A stretch of 64,000 bases of DNA from Amoebidium appalachense (lineage: Eukaryota; Protista; Ichthyosporea), in contig CAVNZM010000009.1 in the NCBI GenBank assembly GCA_963693365.1, forward strand, positions 10,482,243 through 10,546,242, written 5' to 3'. Positions 1-22,616 of this stretch are shown in pieces. The translations under genes were made by a program, and so were the position numbers. Below the pieces are notes generated by a model. It was not told the origin of the DNA. It did not search any database and saw nothing but the letters and a program-made list of their open reading frames with translations. Position 1 is the first letter of the stretch, and every line of letters begins with the position of its first letter.

Positions 1-649
1 ACGTGTTCAAGTGTGCACGTGTACATGTTCAAGTGTGCACGTGTTCAAGTGTGCACGTGTACATGTTCAAGTGTGCACGTGTACATGCTCAAGTGTGTAC
101 ATGTTCAAGTGTGCACATGTTCAAGTGTGCACGTGTACATGTTCAAGTGTGCACGTGTACATGTTCAAGTGTGTACATGTTCCAAGTGTGCACATGTTCA
201 AGTGTGCACGTGTACATGTTCAAGTGTGTACATGTTCAAGTGTGCACGTGTACATGTTCAAGTGTGCACGTGTACATGTTCACGTGTGCACGTGTACATG
301 TTCAAGTGTGCACGTGTACATGTTCAAGTGTGCACGTGTACATGTTCAAGTGTGCACGTGTACATGTTCACGTGTGGACGTGTACATGTTCAAGTGTGCA
401 CGTGTACATGTTCAAGTGTGCACGTGTACATGTTCACGTGTGCAGGTGTACATGTTCAAGTGTGCACGTGTTCAAGTGTGCACGTGTTCAAGTGTGCACG
501 TGTTCAAGTGTGCACGTGTACATGTTCAAGTGTGCGCGTGTACATGTTTAAGTGTGCACGTGTACATGTTCAAGTGTGCACGTGTTCAAGTGTGCACGTG
601 TACATGTTCAAGTGTGCACGTGTTCAAGTGTGCACGTGTACATGTTCAA
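1..649. repeat. Tandem minisatellite with 22-bp unit ACATGTTCAAGTGTGCACGTGT and 16-bp deletion variants; truncated by the window start
   Basis: The unit is directly visible and repeated about 30 times. It explains the periodic MFKCARVHVQVCTC ORFs in all three + frames. Confidence 0.95.
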
Positions 650-785
650 AATGCACGTGTACGTACGTGGGTGTTGATTTTTGGCGTATGTGTTGATATG
701 GGTGTGTGCATGTTTGTGTGTATTGCAATGTTGATGGTTGGGCAGGTGCAAGCGCCATTGGATGGACATATGCATGTGTGTGTGT

Positions 786-821
<36 letters not shown>

Positions 822-1800
822 AGGTGAGAACCAGATCTCCTTGATCTAGGCATGCACGCACGTGCGCCTTGCTAGCTGGATATGGCTGCAAATGTGTGTG
901 TGCGTGTACATGTGTGCTGGGGGCCCAGAGGGGTTGGGTTATTTGGGGGTATTAGTACCTGTGCATATGAAATCATGCATAACGGACAACACAGTGCAGA
1001 CAGATGGCAGGGCACACGCGTGCACCAAAAGCAGACAGTGTATCCTGAGTCAGCAGAGTTACTTCTCAGGGGGTTCAAGTGTGCAAATATGTGTGTGGCG
1101 GTGTGTGTGTGTGTTTGAGTGAGTGAGTGTGTGTGTATATGTGTGTGTGTGTGTGCATGTGTGTGAGGGAGTTAGCGTGTTTGAGTGAGTGAGTGTGTCC
1201 GCGCGTGTGTGCCGGTGTGTGTGTGTGTGCATGTGAGGGAAGGAGTGAGGGAGTGAGTGAGTGAGAGTGAGTGAGTGAGTGAGTGTGTGTGTGTGTCTGC
1301 GTGTGTGTGTGTCGAAAAGGTGTGGGGGGGGGGGGGGGGAGGGGGGTTTGAAGGCAGCACTCACGACACAAATGCAAGCTGCGGCTGTCGTGGCATATAA
1401 ATATATTCAATTGACCAATCAAAGTAATAAATTAACAGATAAAAGAACAAAATATGTAAAGGTTTGATGCCTCCCACACCAGAATTATTTGAAATTGTAG
1501 ACAATATCGATATAAAAAGCTTTCTAAATACATAACAAATTCGAGGTATAAAACAAACCAATGTAATCATAAAGGCATTTCCGACTCAAAAGTTATAGCA
1601 CCGAAGTAAACAATAAAGTTTAAGAGCAATCATCCTTATTTCATACACATATTAAACAATAAATCAAAACATCTTTCACACCAATTAAATGGATAGGATC
1701 GGGGACCCCGTAATGCAGAACACAAAGAGCATGGTGTTCCACATGATAAGAATCACTAAGCTAAGGCTAAGAGTATGCCAATAAGACAGCACGGATTGAA

Positions 1801-1879
<79 letters not shown>

Positions 1880-2254
1880 CATATGTGTTTGTGTGCGTGT
1901 GTGTACGCCCACGTACGCACGTACGTGTGTGAGGCGAAAGCCGGAAAAAGAATTCATACACATAAGTCTATGCACACATATTGATCCCCACAGTCAGGCT
2001 ACCATGGCCTAGAAACCCTGCCCTCAACCTTATAACACGGAAAGATCTCACCTCCCAGCACCCCCACATTCGTTTTTTTAGATGACAAGGGATATATTAA
2101 AGGACGATGATCATAACAGAACAAAGAAGAAACTGTGGAGCTATGGTGGGAAGCAGGGGTTAGTGGGGAGGGAGAGGAAAGAGGGGGGGGAAGGGGGGGG
2201 GGGGGGGGGGGGGTTTCGCTGCTATGAGCAAAAGAAAATGAAATTTCCACACAA

Positions 2255-4328
2255 TCACTCCTCCCAGACCACAGCCAGTCTCCACACCTTTATCGTCCCA
2301 TCAATTGCCCGGGTCACCACCGCATCCCCCCTGACCAACACCATATCGACCCCCCTCAGCGACACACCCACAGGAATTTCCATCACATCTTTTCTCTCCT
2401 GCCGCGCACACCCCCACTCAAACAGGAAAAAACCCCCTTCCTGCCTCGCCACGTACACCGTATGCTCATCCATAAACCCATACCATGTGAAATTTCTCCC
2501 CATGTTTGCCCACCAAGGGAAGGGGGAGGAGGGGGGTAAAATATTTCCACCGCCAGTTAGAGCCCACGCACCACAACACAGTTTCTTGCTTCCCATCGCA
2601 TTGCTATCCGTCTCATATGTCCAATACAGCGCCCTAAACTCAGTTTCAGTCACCCAAAAAACCGGCGCCTGCCACCCGTGCGGTTTACCCACTTCACCCA
2701 ATAGTTTTCCGTCGTCGGCACGGAACACAAACACCGAGCCTGCCTCCACAATCACGTGTTTCTCACGTGCCCACACCTTCACATCCCCCCTGACCGTTCC
2801 CGCGGGACACTGCAAAACACGTGCCCACGCCGGTGCATCCCCTGGTGCCACGTTCATATTCCGAGCCACGAGCACCCTGTTACTTTCGCCCCCCTCTTCA
2901 TTTTGCGCAAATATCATCCTCCCCCCCGCCAACCCCCACGTGTCTGGCTCTGCTTGGCCCGTTAGCGCCCCCACCTGCCCACCCGTCCTATTGTCCCACA
3001 CCGACATGGTCCCTGTGCTAGAACCAACCGGAACCCTCAGAACACACGAGAAGGAATGTGTGACCACCGCGCTCGTACCCGGCCCGAATTGGGGTGTGGT
3101 GTTGGCCCGACCCGAATCGAACACGTGCTTTAACCCCCCGCTGGGAACCTCCCATAGTCTGACAGCACCAGAAGCTTCCGCAGTCAACAACAACCCATTG
3201 CTATAATCCATCCCAAGAATACGACTTCTCGCCGCATCGGCAGCGCGAACTGAAATCCCCTCAAACACGCACCTGCGACATATATCAAACACGGTGGGGG
3301 GGTGGGTTTCGGGCCATGGAAGACAAAAGAAGTCGAATTCCTGCCGTAGTTGTGCAACGATTCTCTCCTCCCGCGGAAGGAATGTTGCCCTGCCGCCGTT
3401 GCGGCAATACTCGAGCACGTGCTCAAACAGGTGGGGGTTCCTGTCGATAAAGATTTCCCCGTGGCTGTTTTTTTGGATGGTGTGGCGGCCACCAAACCAC
3501 ACGGCCAGCATGGAGTGGGGGAATGCACCCAGTGTTTCCTTAGTGGTAGTGAAGCGCCGGCCCCCAACATTGAGCAGGATGCTGTCGTCGCTTGGATCGT
3601 GTCGCTGGGCTCCAAGTTGCTCCCTGTTTTTTCGTTTTTTTTGGTGCCGATGTGTATGTGTGGTGGTGGTAGTGGTGGTATTTGGTGGTGGGGAGGGGGA
3701 GGGGGGGTTGTGTTCATTGGGCGGGAGGCAGGAGGGATGAGGAGATTAGAGGATAAAGAAAATGAAGAGCACAGCATGATGAGTGAAGGAAAGAATAATT
3801 AATTATTGAAGGAGCAAGATGGGTGGACAGACCAATAGTAACGAAGTTGTGGCACGGGGTAAATACAAAGGGAGGGGGAGAGGGGGGGGGGGGGGGGGGG
3901 GGGAGGGGGGGGCAAAGTTAGGTGAAGATGAAGCAAAAGGTCCAGTGTGAACTATATGAAGGGTTCTTGTGATGTATAATGGGCAATAGGGTACAAGAAA
4001 ACATCAAAACAAGTGCATTGGTCATCTGTTAGACAAAATGAGTCACTGCCCCACGCAGACGCAGGACAATTCAGAATCGCACGTACGAAAGGCGCAGACA
4101 CGTATGTAGACGTCCCCACCCACCACATTTATGACCGCCCTCGTGTATGCTTAGAGAACATGTACAAAGAACCCACCTCTCATCCCGAACGGCCTTTCTA
4201 GCACGTTCCACATCTTCGCTTGCAGCCTTCAGCTCCCCCACTAGCGACTGGAAAAGTGACGTCACTTCAACCAGTTTGTTCTCCATCTCCACCAAGCGGG
4301 CGCCAACGTTCTGCATGTTGCCTTCCAT
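2255..4328 (-). CDS. BTB/POZ (KCTD/BTB_2-type) protein with N-terminal coiled coil and a probable divergent C-terminal beta-propeller
   Basis: Exon 1 is 4328-4177 (MEGNMQ...AVRDE, donor ag|GTGGGT) and exon 2 is 3623-2255 (acceptor ACAG|); the phases match. The spliced product contains ILLNVGGRRFTTTKETLGAFPHSMLAVWFGGRH...IFIDRNPHLFEHVLEYCRNG...EFDFF, the canonical BTB_2 pattern. The C-terminal region has WD40-like ends (SGAVRLWE, TMSVWD, DGTIKVW). Confidence 0.88.
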
Positions 4329-4775
4329 GGCTAGAGGGAAAGCTGTCGGATGGAAAGGACTGTGTGCAAAGCCTTTGCAAGAAGTGAAAGGATGGTCGAC
4401 ACTTTGGCACTTCTAAGGTGTCATTTTTGGGGGGATTTTCGAGTTTTAGGAAGTCACCAGAGTGATGCGTGTGACACGTGCTATACAGCACAACTGGGCG
4501 ACCACGTTACTTCTATAATTTAGTTAACGTCACACGTGAGCATACACAACCCCTGTTGATAAAAGATTAACAGACATCAACAGAAACACAGCTGTACATG
4601 TGCCTTTCTCTTGCAGGTCCGTGCAACGCATTTACCTTCTATCCTGCATGCAAATTGAAGAATTAGAAACGGTATATGCCCCAGCTGAATAGTAGTAGTC
4701 TCTTGGGACAACAGTGTGTTATACTAGGGAAGTTCTCCTTGAAAAGCCTGAGGCAGTTTCGACTTTGAGCAAAAG

Positions 4776-4863
4776 TGACGTCATGCTGGGTCTTGATTGG
4801 TCTTGCACATGCCCCGAACACCTTTTTGTGATTGGCTAGGCCATGAGCCGCAGTGGTGATTGG
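4776..4863. promoter_or_regulatory. Putative promoter: CRE palindrome TGACGTCA plus three CCAAT boxes
   Basis: TGACGTCA at 4776-4783. ATTGG at 4796, 4831 and 4859 (spacing 35 and 28 bp). It lies in the intergenic region between divergently oriented genes. Confidence 0.45.
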
Positions 4864-5145
4864 CTGCTTTTTTGTTTATTTTTCATCCAGCCATGCTTTT
4901 GGTTGGCCAAGCGCGCACTACATACCAGTCCACAAAATTCCTACCCGGGCCCCAGTCTGCAGCCTGCTGCTCCTCCCAGTCCACACATACAGACAACACA
5001 CACAAAAACCACCACCACCATCAACATCCACCCCCTCCACTCTCCCCCCTCCCCCGCCCCCCCCGCCCCTTTCTTCCCTTCCCGCCCTGCCAAAAAAGAG
5101 GAAGTTTTGAAGCAAACGATACACAACCCAAAATCTCGCCAGATT

Positions 5146-5950
5146 ATGAACACACAGCCAGGTGGTTTCCGCTGTGCGCGTAAGTGCAACTTTCCATTGT
5201 TTGTGTGCGTAAGAGAGAGAGAGAGTGAGAGGGAGAGGATGTGTGTGTGTATGCGCGCGCACGTGCGTGCGTGCTTGCGTGCGTGCGTGCATGTGTACAT
5301 CTGTGTATGTGTGCGTGTGTTTGTGCGTGCATGATCTCACCCAACCTCGCAAGGGGCGCTTGACTGTCTACATAGCTTCGAAATCTGTCTATCGATATCC
5401 CTCGTACGTACAGGCCGTTCTCACAGTTGTCTCAGCACTCGCTTGTGTGTGTACGTGCACACGTGTATGTATTCGTCTGTCTGTTTTTCATCCGTCTCTC
5501 TGTGTGCGTGTGCTACATTTCTGTGTGTCTGTGTGGGTGCGTGTGTACTGTGTGCATGTGAGTGTGTGCACGCATGTGTATGTGCCTGCTTTTTCGTCGC
5601 GTGCAAACATACGCCGCGAGATATGTTCATGTGCTTTTTGTGTAGTTTGTGCGCATGTGCGTACATGTGTGTGCGTACGTGTACGTGCGTCCTTGTCTGT
5701 GTGTGTCTGTGTTTACGTGTGTGTGTGTGTACGTGTGTGTACCTGTGTGTCTGTGTGCGAGTCTGTGTGCGTGCGCACGTGTGTGTGTTTGTTATACGCG
5801 TGCCTGAAGCAGAGGGCCAAGTGCAAGGGCGCATCCCCTTCGCCCCTCTTGCACGAAGTCCCACCACCAGCTGCTGTAACAGTAGTGCCGTTTCGCCTTC
5901 CGGGCAAGGACCCTGCTGATTCCTGCACAGGGCTTTTCGAACTCCACTGA
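5146..5950 (+). CDS. Possible small spliced hypothetical gene; no recognisable domain
   Basis: Non-repetitive islands at about 5090-5179, 5354-5403 and about 5810-5950 are bounded by consensus donors (GTAAGT at 5180, GTACGT at 5404) and AG acceptors, and can be joined in phase. No homology recognised. Confidence 0.25.
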
Positions 5951-6586
5951 GCCTGCTATCTTTGGAGGTAGCTCTTATTTTTCAAGGCTAACAAAACTTT
6001 CCTTCCGAAGCGACTGATCACGCGCCAACTCATACCCTTGCCTGAGTATAGTTTATCATACGGCGGCTGAGGCCACAGTCGCACGTGGCAGCCACTGAGC
6101 GCCCCTCCTGCTAATCACGGGCTGAGCTGGAAATATTAATGAGACCTATGTGGATGACTGGCTGCGTCATGCCTTCTCACTTTCTTTGCTCGTTTCTTTT
6201 GGAGTCAAAGGTTTTTCGCCAGTAGGTTCAACTTGCCGGGGGGCTTACGGCAAGTTGTCCAGGTCCTTTGTGTACTTTTCTTTTTGCCCTAATTTGGCAT
6301 GAAACTATGTACAAATTAGGTTACAGCAGTATACGTCTGATTGGTTACCCGGTGACCCGCTGGCTCACTCACGAGTCAACTCGGTACGGTCTGCCGAAAT
6401 TTTTTTTCCCGGAGCCAGTCTGACGCGTTTATGTTGTATGTTTGTTCCAAGCAAGCATGTGTTACGTTCGTGTTCTTTCGTAAACGTTTTGTTCAGGCTG
6501 TGGGCTTTGATACGTGCAAGTCTATGTGCAAAAAGTACACCGCCTCATGGTTCCCTTCACAGCCACACAAATAGCCACCTGTCAAC

Positions 6587-7353
6587 ATGGCAACCAGCGA
6601 GCCCACACTCTTCCAGCGTTTTCTGCGCACGTTCACGCACCTGCCTGGGTTCCAGGAGTCACTGCGCGAGCCCAGCGGGTGGTGGGGCTACGCCACGGCC
6701 TACTTTATGAGCCACATAAACCCCCCCCACCGCGATTGGTACCTGCAACCCCTCCATTACTCACCACCTCGCCCCCTATTTCTCTCCCTCTCCCTCTCCC
6801 TCTCCCCTTTCTCTCTCTTTCTGCCCCCACCCTTCCCCATCTCCTCCCCCCCCCCCCCCCCCCCCCCCCCTCGCCCCTTCCAAAAAAAAACACACACACA
6901 CACCTCCTCCCCGCCCAATATACAGAGTAGATTGCAGGGGACGACAAAAGCAAGGGGTGCAAAAGGTGTTGTGGTGTCATTGCTGCCAGATGCACGTACG
7001 CGTGTGTTCGTGTAGTAAAAGGGAAACGGTGAATCCGGGAGTGCCGGAAGGGAGGTGCTAGGGACAGGGAACTGCGGGGCGGGGCGAGGGCGAGGGAGAA
7101 GAGGGAGGGGGGGGAGGAGGGGGAGGGCGGTGGGCTTCCTGCATTTCAGGGATGTTTATCTGTTTCTCCGGCTGTGTGAGTGTATCTATGGGGTTTGGTG
7201 ATGGTTGTGGGATGAAAGAGAGGTGTGCAACGGTCAGAAACCTGTAGGGATAAAGGGGTTGGGGTGGGGTGGGTGGGTGGGTGGGTGGGTGGGGAGGGGG
7301 GGGGGGGGGGTTTGAAGAGGATGGAACGGTGAGTTGAGGGGTGGAGGTTTACA

Positions 7354-7395
<42 letters not shown>

Positions 7396-7697
7396 GGGAG
7401 GGGAGACAGAACCTGACAGGTTTGTGTGTAGAATGCCGTGCAGAGGGCGGGACTGCAGAGGACAGATTACGTGCTGGAGGTGGGGTTTGGTGACGGCACA
7501 GCCATGGAGGAGTGCCTGAAGCACGTGGACAAGGTGGGTGTGTGTGTGTGAGTGGGAGGGGGGGGGGGGGGGGGGGGGGGGATGGGGAGGGTGAGTGGCT
7601 GAGTGGGTGTGGGTGGGCAGGGAGTGAGTGGGTGAACGGGTTGGTGGGTGGGTGGGTGTGGGTGGGTGGGTGGGTGTTGGTGAATGGGTTGGTGGGT

Positions 7698-7749
<52 letters not shown>

Positions 7750-8291
7750 ATGTTTGTGTGTGGGTGGGTGGGTGAATTTTGTAGGTGTGTGCACGTGTGT
7801 CTGTGTGTGTGTGTGGGGTGTTGGTGCGTATGTATGTGTGTGCGTGTGTGTGTTTGTATCTGTGGGTGTGTGTACCCTACTATGTCCGTGCCTGCCCTCT
7901 CTGCCCGTAATCGTTTTGTTGCGTCCCCGTCTCTCCCGCCTCACCACCACCACCATCACACCTGCCCACCCCCCATGCTTACCACCCGTTCCAGACGTTA
8001 TGGTGCGTGCACTGGAATGATAGCAACCGCACCTGCACCTCTTTTTTATGCAGTGCACGAACATGTAAAGAGACAGCAGCATAGCACGTTATACATGTGT
8101 GCTGTACGATTTTTGTGCCATTCATACCCCTATATCCATCATACGTATCTCCCCCCTCCCAGCCCTCTTCTGGTTGCCCCCCCCCCCCCCCCCCCCCCCC
8201 CCCAAACACTGACACACACACAAACCACCACCACCACCACCACCTACTCCCCCCCCCTCCACCCCCCCACCCTGCCCCCCTTTGCAGTTCC

Positions 8292-8333
<42 letters not shown>

Positions 8334-9452
8334 CACTCACACACACACACACCACCACCACCACCACCTACTCCCCCCCCCCCCCCCCCAACCCCCACGC
8401 CCGGCCCCAACACTCACACACACACTCACACACACACATACCACCACCACCTTCTCCCCCCCCCCCCCCCCCCCTTTTGCTGTTCAAACCCCCCACCCAC
8501 CCCGCCACCCCCCTAATACCACACCACCACGTACTTCCGACTCCCCTCCCCCCCCCCCCCCCTCCCCCCCCTCCCCTCTACCTTACCCGCTCTCCCTTAC
8601 CGTCTCTCCCCAACCAACTCACCACGTCACCAGGCTGTAGGTGTGGACATGTCTGAGCACATGGTGGGGACGGCAAGGGCACGGCTGAGTAAGCAGATAG
8701 AGGAGGGCAGGCTGAGCCTGCACAGAGGTGGGTGCTGGCCGCTTGTCTGTGCACCTTCTTTGGGGCTTTTTGCACTCGATCGTTGTTGTTTTGCCTCACC
8801 CTCTTTAGTGTTTTTCTCTATTCTCTTATCGTTTGCTCCATTCCTTTGCACTCCCTCTGTGGTTTTTCTCTCTCCTCTTTGGTGTATTTGCTATTTTTCC
8901 TCTCTTTGGTAGTTTCCTTCTTCCTTGCTGTATCGTCTTCTCTTCTTGATGTATCTGCCCTTTTCCCTCCCTTGTTGTTGTTTTGCCCATCCTCGTTGGT
9001 ATTTTGCTTCTCTCCTGGGGACCTGCTCCCTTTCTCTCGTGCTCTCCCCCCCCCTCCCCCCCCCCCCCCCTCCCCCCCCCCCCCCCCCTCCCTCCCTCCT
9101 CGCCCCTCCCTGGTCCCTGCCCTCCCTACCGCACATTTTTACTGAATCAATACATTTGTTTTTGTTAATGGGGCTTTAAGAAGGGAAACGGTGTAGCTGA
9201 CAAGTCTGTTTGGGGGAGAACGTGTTCGTCTGTCCTGTTGTTGCATTTTCTTTCCTGTGGTTGTGCTTGTTGTGTGAGCATGATGGGGACCTGTGCGCGG
9301 CACGGCGGAGGGGTGATGGGGGGGTGAAAGCGGCAGTTAGGTGGGAAAGGAAGGGGGTGGAGGGGGGAAAGGGGAGGGGGTAGAAGGAGTATTGTAAGAG
9401 AAAGGGCAGAGTCATTTGGTTTTTGGCATTGTTTCTACTCTCCCCCCCCCCC

Positions 9453-9483
<31 letters not shown>

Positions 9484-9854
9484 ACCACAGACCAAAGATG
9501 GAGATAATACATTTGAATCAAATGGCACAATAGATTTTCTTACGGATTGTGGAGGCTGGGGAAGGGGGTGAGGGGAAAGGGGGGGGGGGGGTTAGAAAGA
9601 AAGATGGGTTTGTTTTGTTGTGTGGGGGGGAGAGGGGGTGGGGTCAGAGGGAGAGCAATGGTTGGGATTGGGGTTGGTGGAGGAGAATCGGTTGAGAGGC
9701 AAACTTGCCTTCAGCAAAGCCGTTTTTCTGTGACGGGCTAATTTATCTTACAAATACCCCCCCACTCCCCCATCCCCCCCCCCCCCCCCTCTAAAACACA
9801 CACACGCGTGCGCACACACACGCAAGCACACAGACACGCACACGCACGCGCGCG

Positions 9855-9936
<82 letters not shown>

Positions 9937-10203
9937 GCATGTGGAGCACATGGACATAATCGAATCTTCCAGCATTGACGTTGCCTACAGTCTCAACTGT
10001 GTCTATTTTTGGAACCCAATTGATGGTGCTCTCAAGGAGCTGTATCGTGTGCTCAAGCCGGGAGGAACACTTTTGACGTTCACTAAGTTCCAGAATTTAA
10101 AGTGGGTATTGTGTGTGTGTGTCACTGTAGAACCTTTGTGCAATTCTTATGCAACGAGTTTTTCATATATACGGATTTATTAACATTTATTTATATAAAG
10201 AAA

Positions 10204-10296
<93 letters not shown>

Positions 10297-10467
10297 CGTG
10301 CGCGCGCGCGTGCGTGCGGGCGTGCAAATATCGCCGCTAACGCTTTTGTGGCTCTAGTCCCCCAGTATCCCTTTCCCTCCACTCTAAAATCTCGTATGCT
10401 AACATGTCCCTCCTCTCCTTAATTGCTCCCATACATACCCACACATGCGCGTGCGTGCAAGCTCGCG

Positions 10468-10518
<51 letters not shown>

Positions 10519-10694
10519 ACACGTACACACATACACACAGGGAGCTCGACCCATCGATATTTGTCAACACCAACTTTCAGCTTGTTAAGGCGGGGCTGGA
10601 ACGATGTGGATTTGTGGATGTCCAAATTAGGGAGGTGGACCTCGGGAATAACCAATTCAACTACCAAACCATTGTGGCAAGAAAACCCTCATAG
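6587..10694 (+). CDS. Class I SAM-dependent methyltransferase (Methyltransf_11-like)
   Basis: Exons 6587-6738, 7432-7533, 8634-8727, 9936-10101, 10541-10694. Motif [11 protein letters not shown], then [11 protein letters not shown] and [14 protein letters not shown]...[12 protein letters not shown]. Exons 2-5 join in phase. The exon 1/2 junction needs one extra C in the C8 run at 6721-6728, or an alternative acceptor. Confidence 0.88.
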
Positions 10695-11153
10695 AAGGGT
10701 ATACGTTGGAAATGGGAGGCGGGGAAATTCAATATGAGGGCTCCGGTGGCTCTGTGGTGTGCGGGGGGGTGCTTAAGTGTGTGCGCGGGTGGGTGAGTGA
10801 TGGGAGTGGGGAGAGGGGGGGGGGGGGGGGGGGGGGGGGAGGGGGTTGGATGAAGAAGGGAAACTTGTAAACTAGGGACATGAAACAGCAGAGTTTAAAA
10901 CATTATGATGTTTTTTGCTTCAATTATGTACAGTTTGTGAATTGGTCCGTGCTGGCATGTAGGACGTGAGTCACTATTTTTTTGAATGTATATTTCATAA
11001 GGGATATTTTGTATTGTGTCTTTTTTTTTTTTTGGATGGAATAAAGTTATAATTTTTAGCCCGCTTTGCGTGTGTGGAACCGTGTGAAGGGCCGGCGACG
11101 CCCGGCGTGCGTGACTGTGGTTGTTTGTGTGTGTGGGTGTATATACATGCGTG

Positions 11154-11253
<100 letters not shown>

Positions 11254-11538
11254 AGGTGGGGGGGGAGGAGAGGGTGGAGGGAGGGGGGAAGAGGGGGGGG
11301 GGGGGGGGGGGGGGTAAATTCAGTATCCGGTAATTCAGCCTTGGATTTAGCCCACAGCCTTTTAGTTCACACCACTTTTTATGATTTTTTTCATTCTTTC
11401 TTTGTAGCGTATGTACACCGTCTTCTCTGCACGGTTAGCATTTAACTACTAGGCTTTTTTGCTTTTGATATGGGGCCGAGTCGTGGCCATATACCATAGA
11501 GGCCTCGGATGGAGGGCCCCCGGAGGGACGGAGGGGAT

Positions 11539-11573
<35 letters not shown>

Positions 11574-12527
11574 TCCTAATTAGGGGGAAGAGGTGGAGGG
11601 ACGGGGAGATTTGCTTTGCAAAAGTTGCAGCGATAAGGGAATAAGCGTCGCTTTTGGTTGAGACTAGAAGTGAGCTCGAGCTCGAGAGGAACAGGCCGTG
11701 GAAGCTGGCGCCGGCCGTACCGTGTGCATCCGCCCAGATCGACAGATGACCCCAATGACTCTATTGATGGTGGGGCGTTTGAGAGGGTTCAGGCCCCTGT
11801 GTATGTTATCAAATTTTATATGGTCTCAATTCTATACTCGTTGAAGTGTATATTGGGGGGGGGAAAACTCTAGTATAGCAAAAAGGCCTTTTCGTTTTTA
11901 AAGATGCTTGTGTACTAAGTAAATAAAACAAAAAACAAGCCCATGTCTGCAAAACACTTTTTTCAGCAACTAGAAAATCTGAAACTTTGGGGCTTTTTTT
12001 ACGTATACGACACAAGCAATAGAGTTTTGGGAGATTTCCCACGATGCGTTATAAACCAATCAGCAGCTGGTTAGGAAATTCAGTGATTGCCTGCCTAACT
12101 GCACAGCTGTGTTCGTGTCTGGCACTGCACACAGTACCTCTTGCACATACATACCTACAAAACCTGTTAAGAGTATATGAACCCTTTGTGTGTATGCAGT
12201 TCACACGTGGCGCAAAGATACGCACGAAGATTAGCTGTATTTGCACATGGAAGCAGTGCACCTCATCCAAGTTTTCTGGGCATAAATGATCTTCGCTTTC
12301 CAGTAGTTCCAGATCTAAATATTAGCTGTTATCGCATCGCCTAGTAAATCCATAACACCGAGTGGTGCATTCAAGTAAAGAGCAGAGTTTGATCTTGGCA
12401 AAAGATTCACGTGAGATCTCGGCTAGGCTTTTGGTTTTTAAGAAATAGCCGTTCATTAAAGCCAGCATTGTTAGAGTAATACGTGTGAAAACGGCCCGCA
12501 GTGGACGGGGGGCGCGAGGGGGAGAAC

Positions 12528-21279
<8,752 letters not shown>

Positions 21280-21413
21280 TTGTGTGGTGTGTGCAGTTGC
21301 TAGGTAGTGCACGTGGGTGTGACGGCGTGTATGCACAGTGAGGCACTGACACACACACTTGGAGGTGTAGAGGGAGGGGGGGGGAGGGAGGGATCAAAGA
21401 AGCCAATTGCGTA

Positions 21414-21448
<35 letters not shown>

Positions 21449-22030
21449 GGAGAGGGGGTGACTGAGAGGGAGAACGGAGGAGAGACGGAGTAGAGAGAGA
21501 GGGGGGGGAGCGGGGGGGAGGGCAAGAGGGAGGGGCAGGGGGAGAGAGAGGGAGGGGGTGAGGGGGGAGATAGGACAAGGAGGTGGGGAGACTCTGAGGG
21601 GACGGGGGGGGGGGGGGGGGGGGAAGGGGGAGAGAGAGAGAGAGAGAGAGAGAGACTTTCCCCCTTATTAAGGCTACGTGTTCTATAATGCTCGAACGTG
21701 GGAGGTTTTAGAGTGTATGGGTCCCATAGCACCAATGGGTGAAGATTGAAAGCAGCTGCACCTTTGCGCCAAATTACATGTTTTCCCTTTGAATGTGAAT
21801 GCCTAAGTTTGATAGGTTAGAAATTATGCGATGGTTGTGTAGTATGCAGTCAGGGTGACACCTGGATAATTTTTATCACGATCATATTGTATGACGTACG
21901 TATTCAAGTTTTGGGTGGTAAAGAGTTTCTGGTAAAGAAACAAAAATAAACAAAATGACACGGCAGATTCAGTCCCCTCCCCCCTCCCCCCCCCCTCCCC
22001 CCCCCCCCCCCCCCCCCCGCGGGCCTTCCG

Positions 22031-22119
<89 letters not shown>

Positions 22120-22582
22120 ACCACCACCACCACCACCACCACCATCCTGAAGGTCCCTCCACACCATCGCTAGCTGGATACTAAAGTACGGCAAAACTAT
22201 GATGCTCGTCAGCGCCTTGTCGACATTCAGCTTATCATCATATTATAATTATCAAAGAAGCACAATGAAGCGTGCTCGAGCTCGACCATTTAACCGAACA
22301 TATCCGAATGACTATATATAGCCTGCATGCTGTGGCAATCACTATAACCACATATGGCACTGTATAGTGGTGTCCATGTATATACAGGCCAGGCCATCGG
22401 TGCACTTGATTTCAAAGGATTGTGGGGTTTGCGACAGTGTGCTAGTGCATGCTTGAATGTGAGCGGTGGTGTTTTTTCTTTTTTCTTTTTTTTTTTTTTT
22501 TGGGGGGGGGGGGGGGGAGGAGGGGGGGGGGGGGGGGGGGGGGGAACCCTATGAGGCTCTTGGGGAGGGGAAAAATGGGGGG

Positions 22583-22613
<31 letters not shown>

Positions 22614-22616
22614 AGT

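Noticed and set aside
3-844. Long periodic ORFs (182-277 aa) in three frames
   Set aside because: They are translations of the 22/16-bp minisatellite, which lacks stop codons; there is no coding signal.
720-1420. Possible minus-strand micro-exons between microsatellites
   Set aside because: Splice-like motifs are present, but no coherent in-phase product or recognisable domain could be built.
2082-3206. 374-aa plus-strand ORF
   Set aside because: It is the antisense shadow of the BTB gene exon 2.
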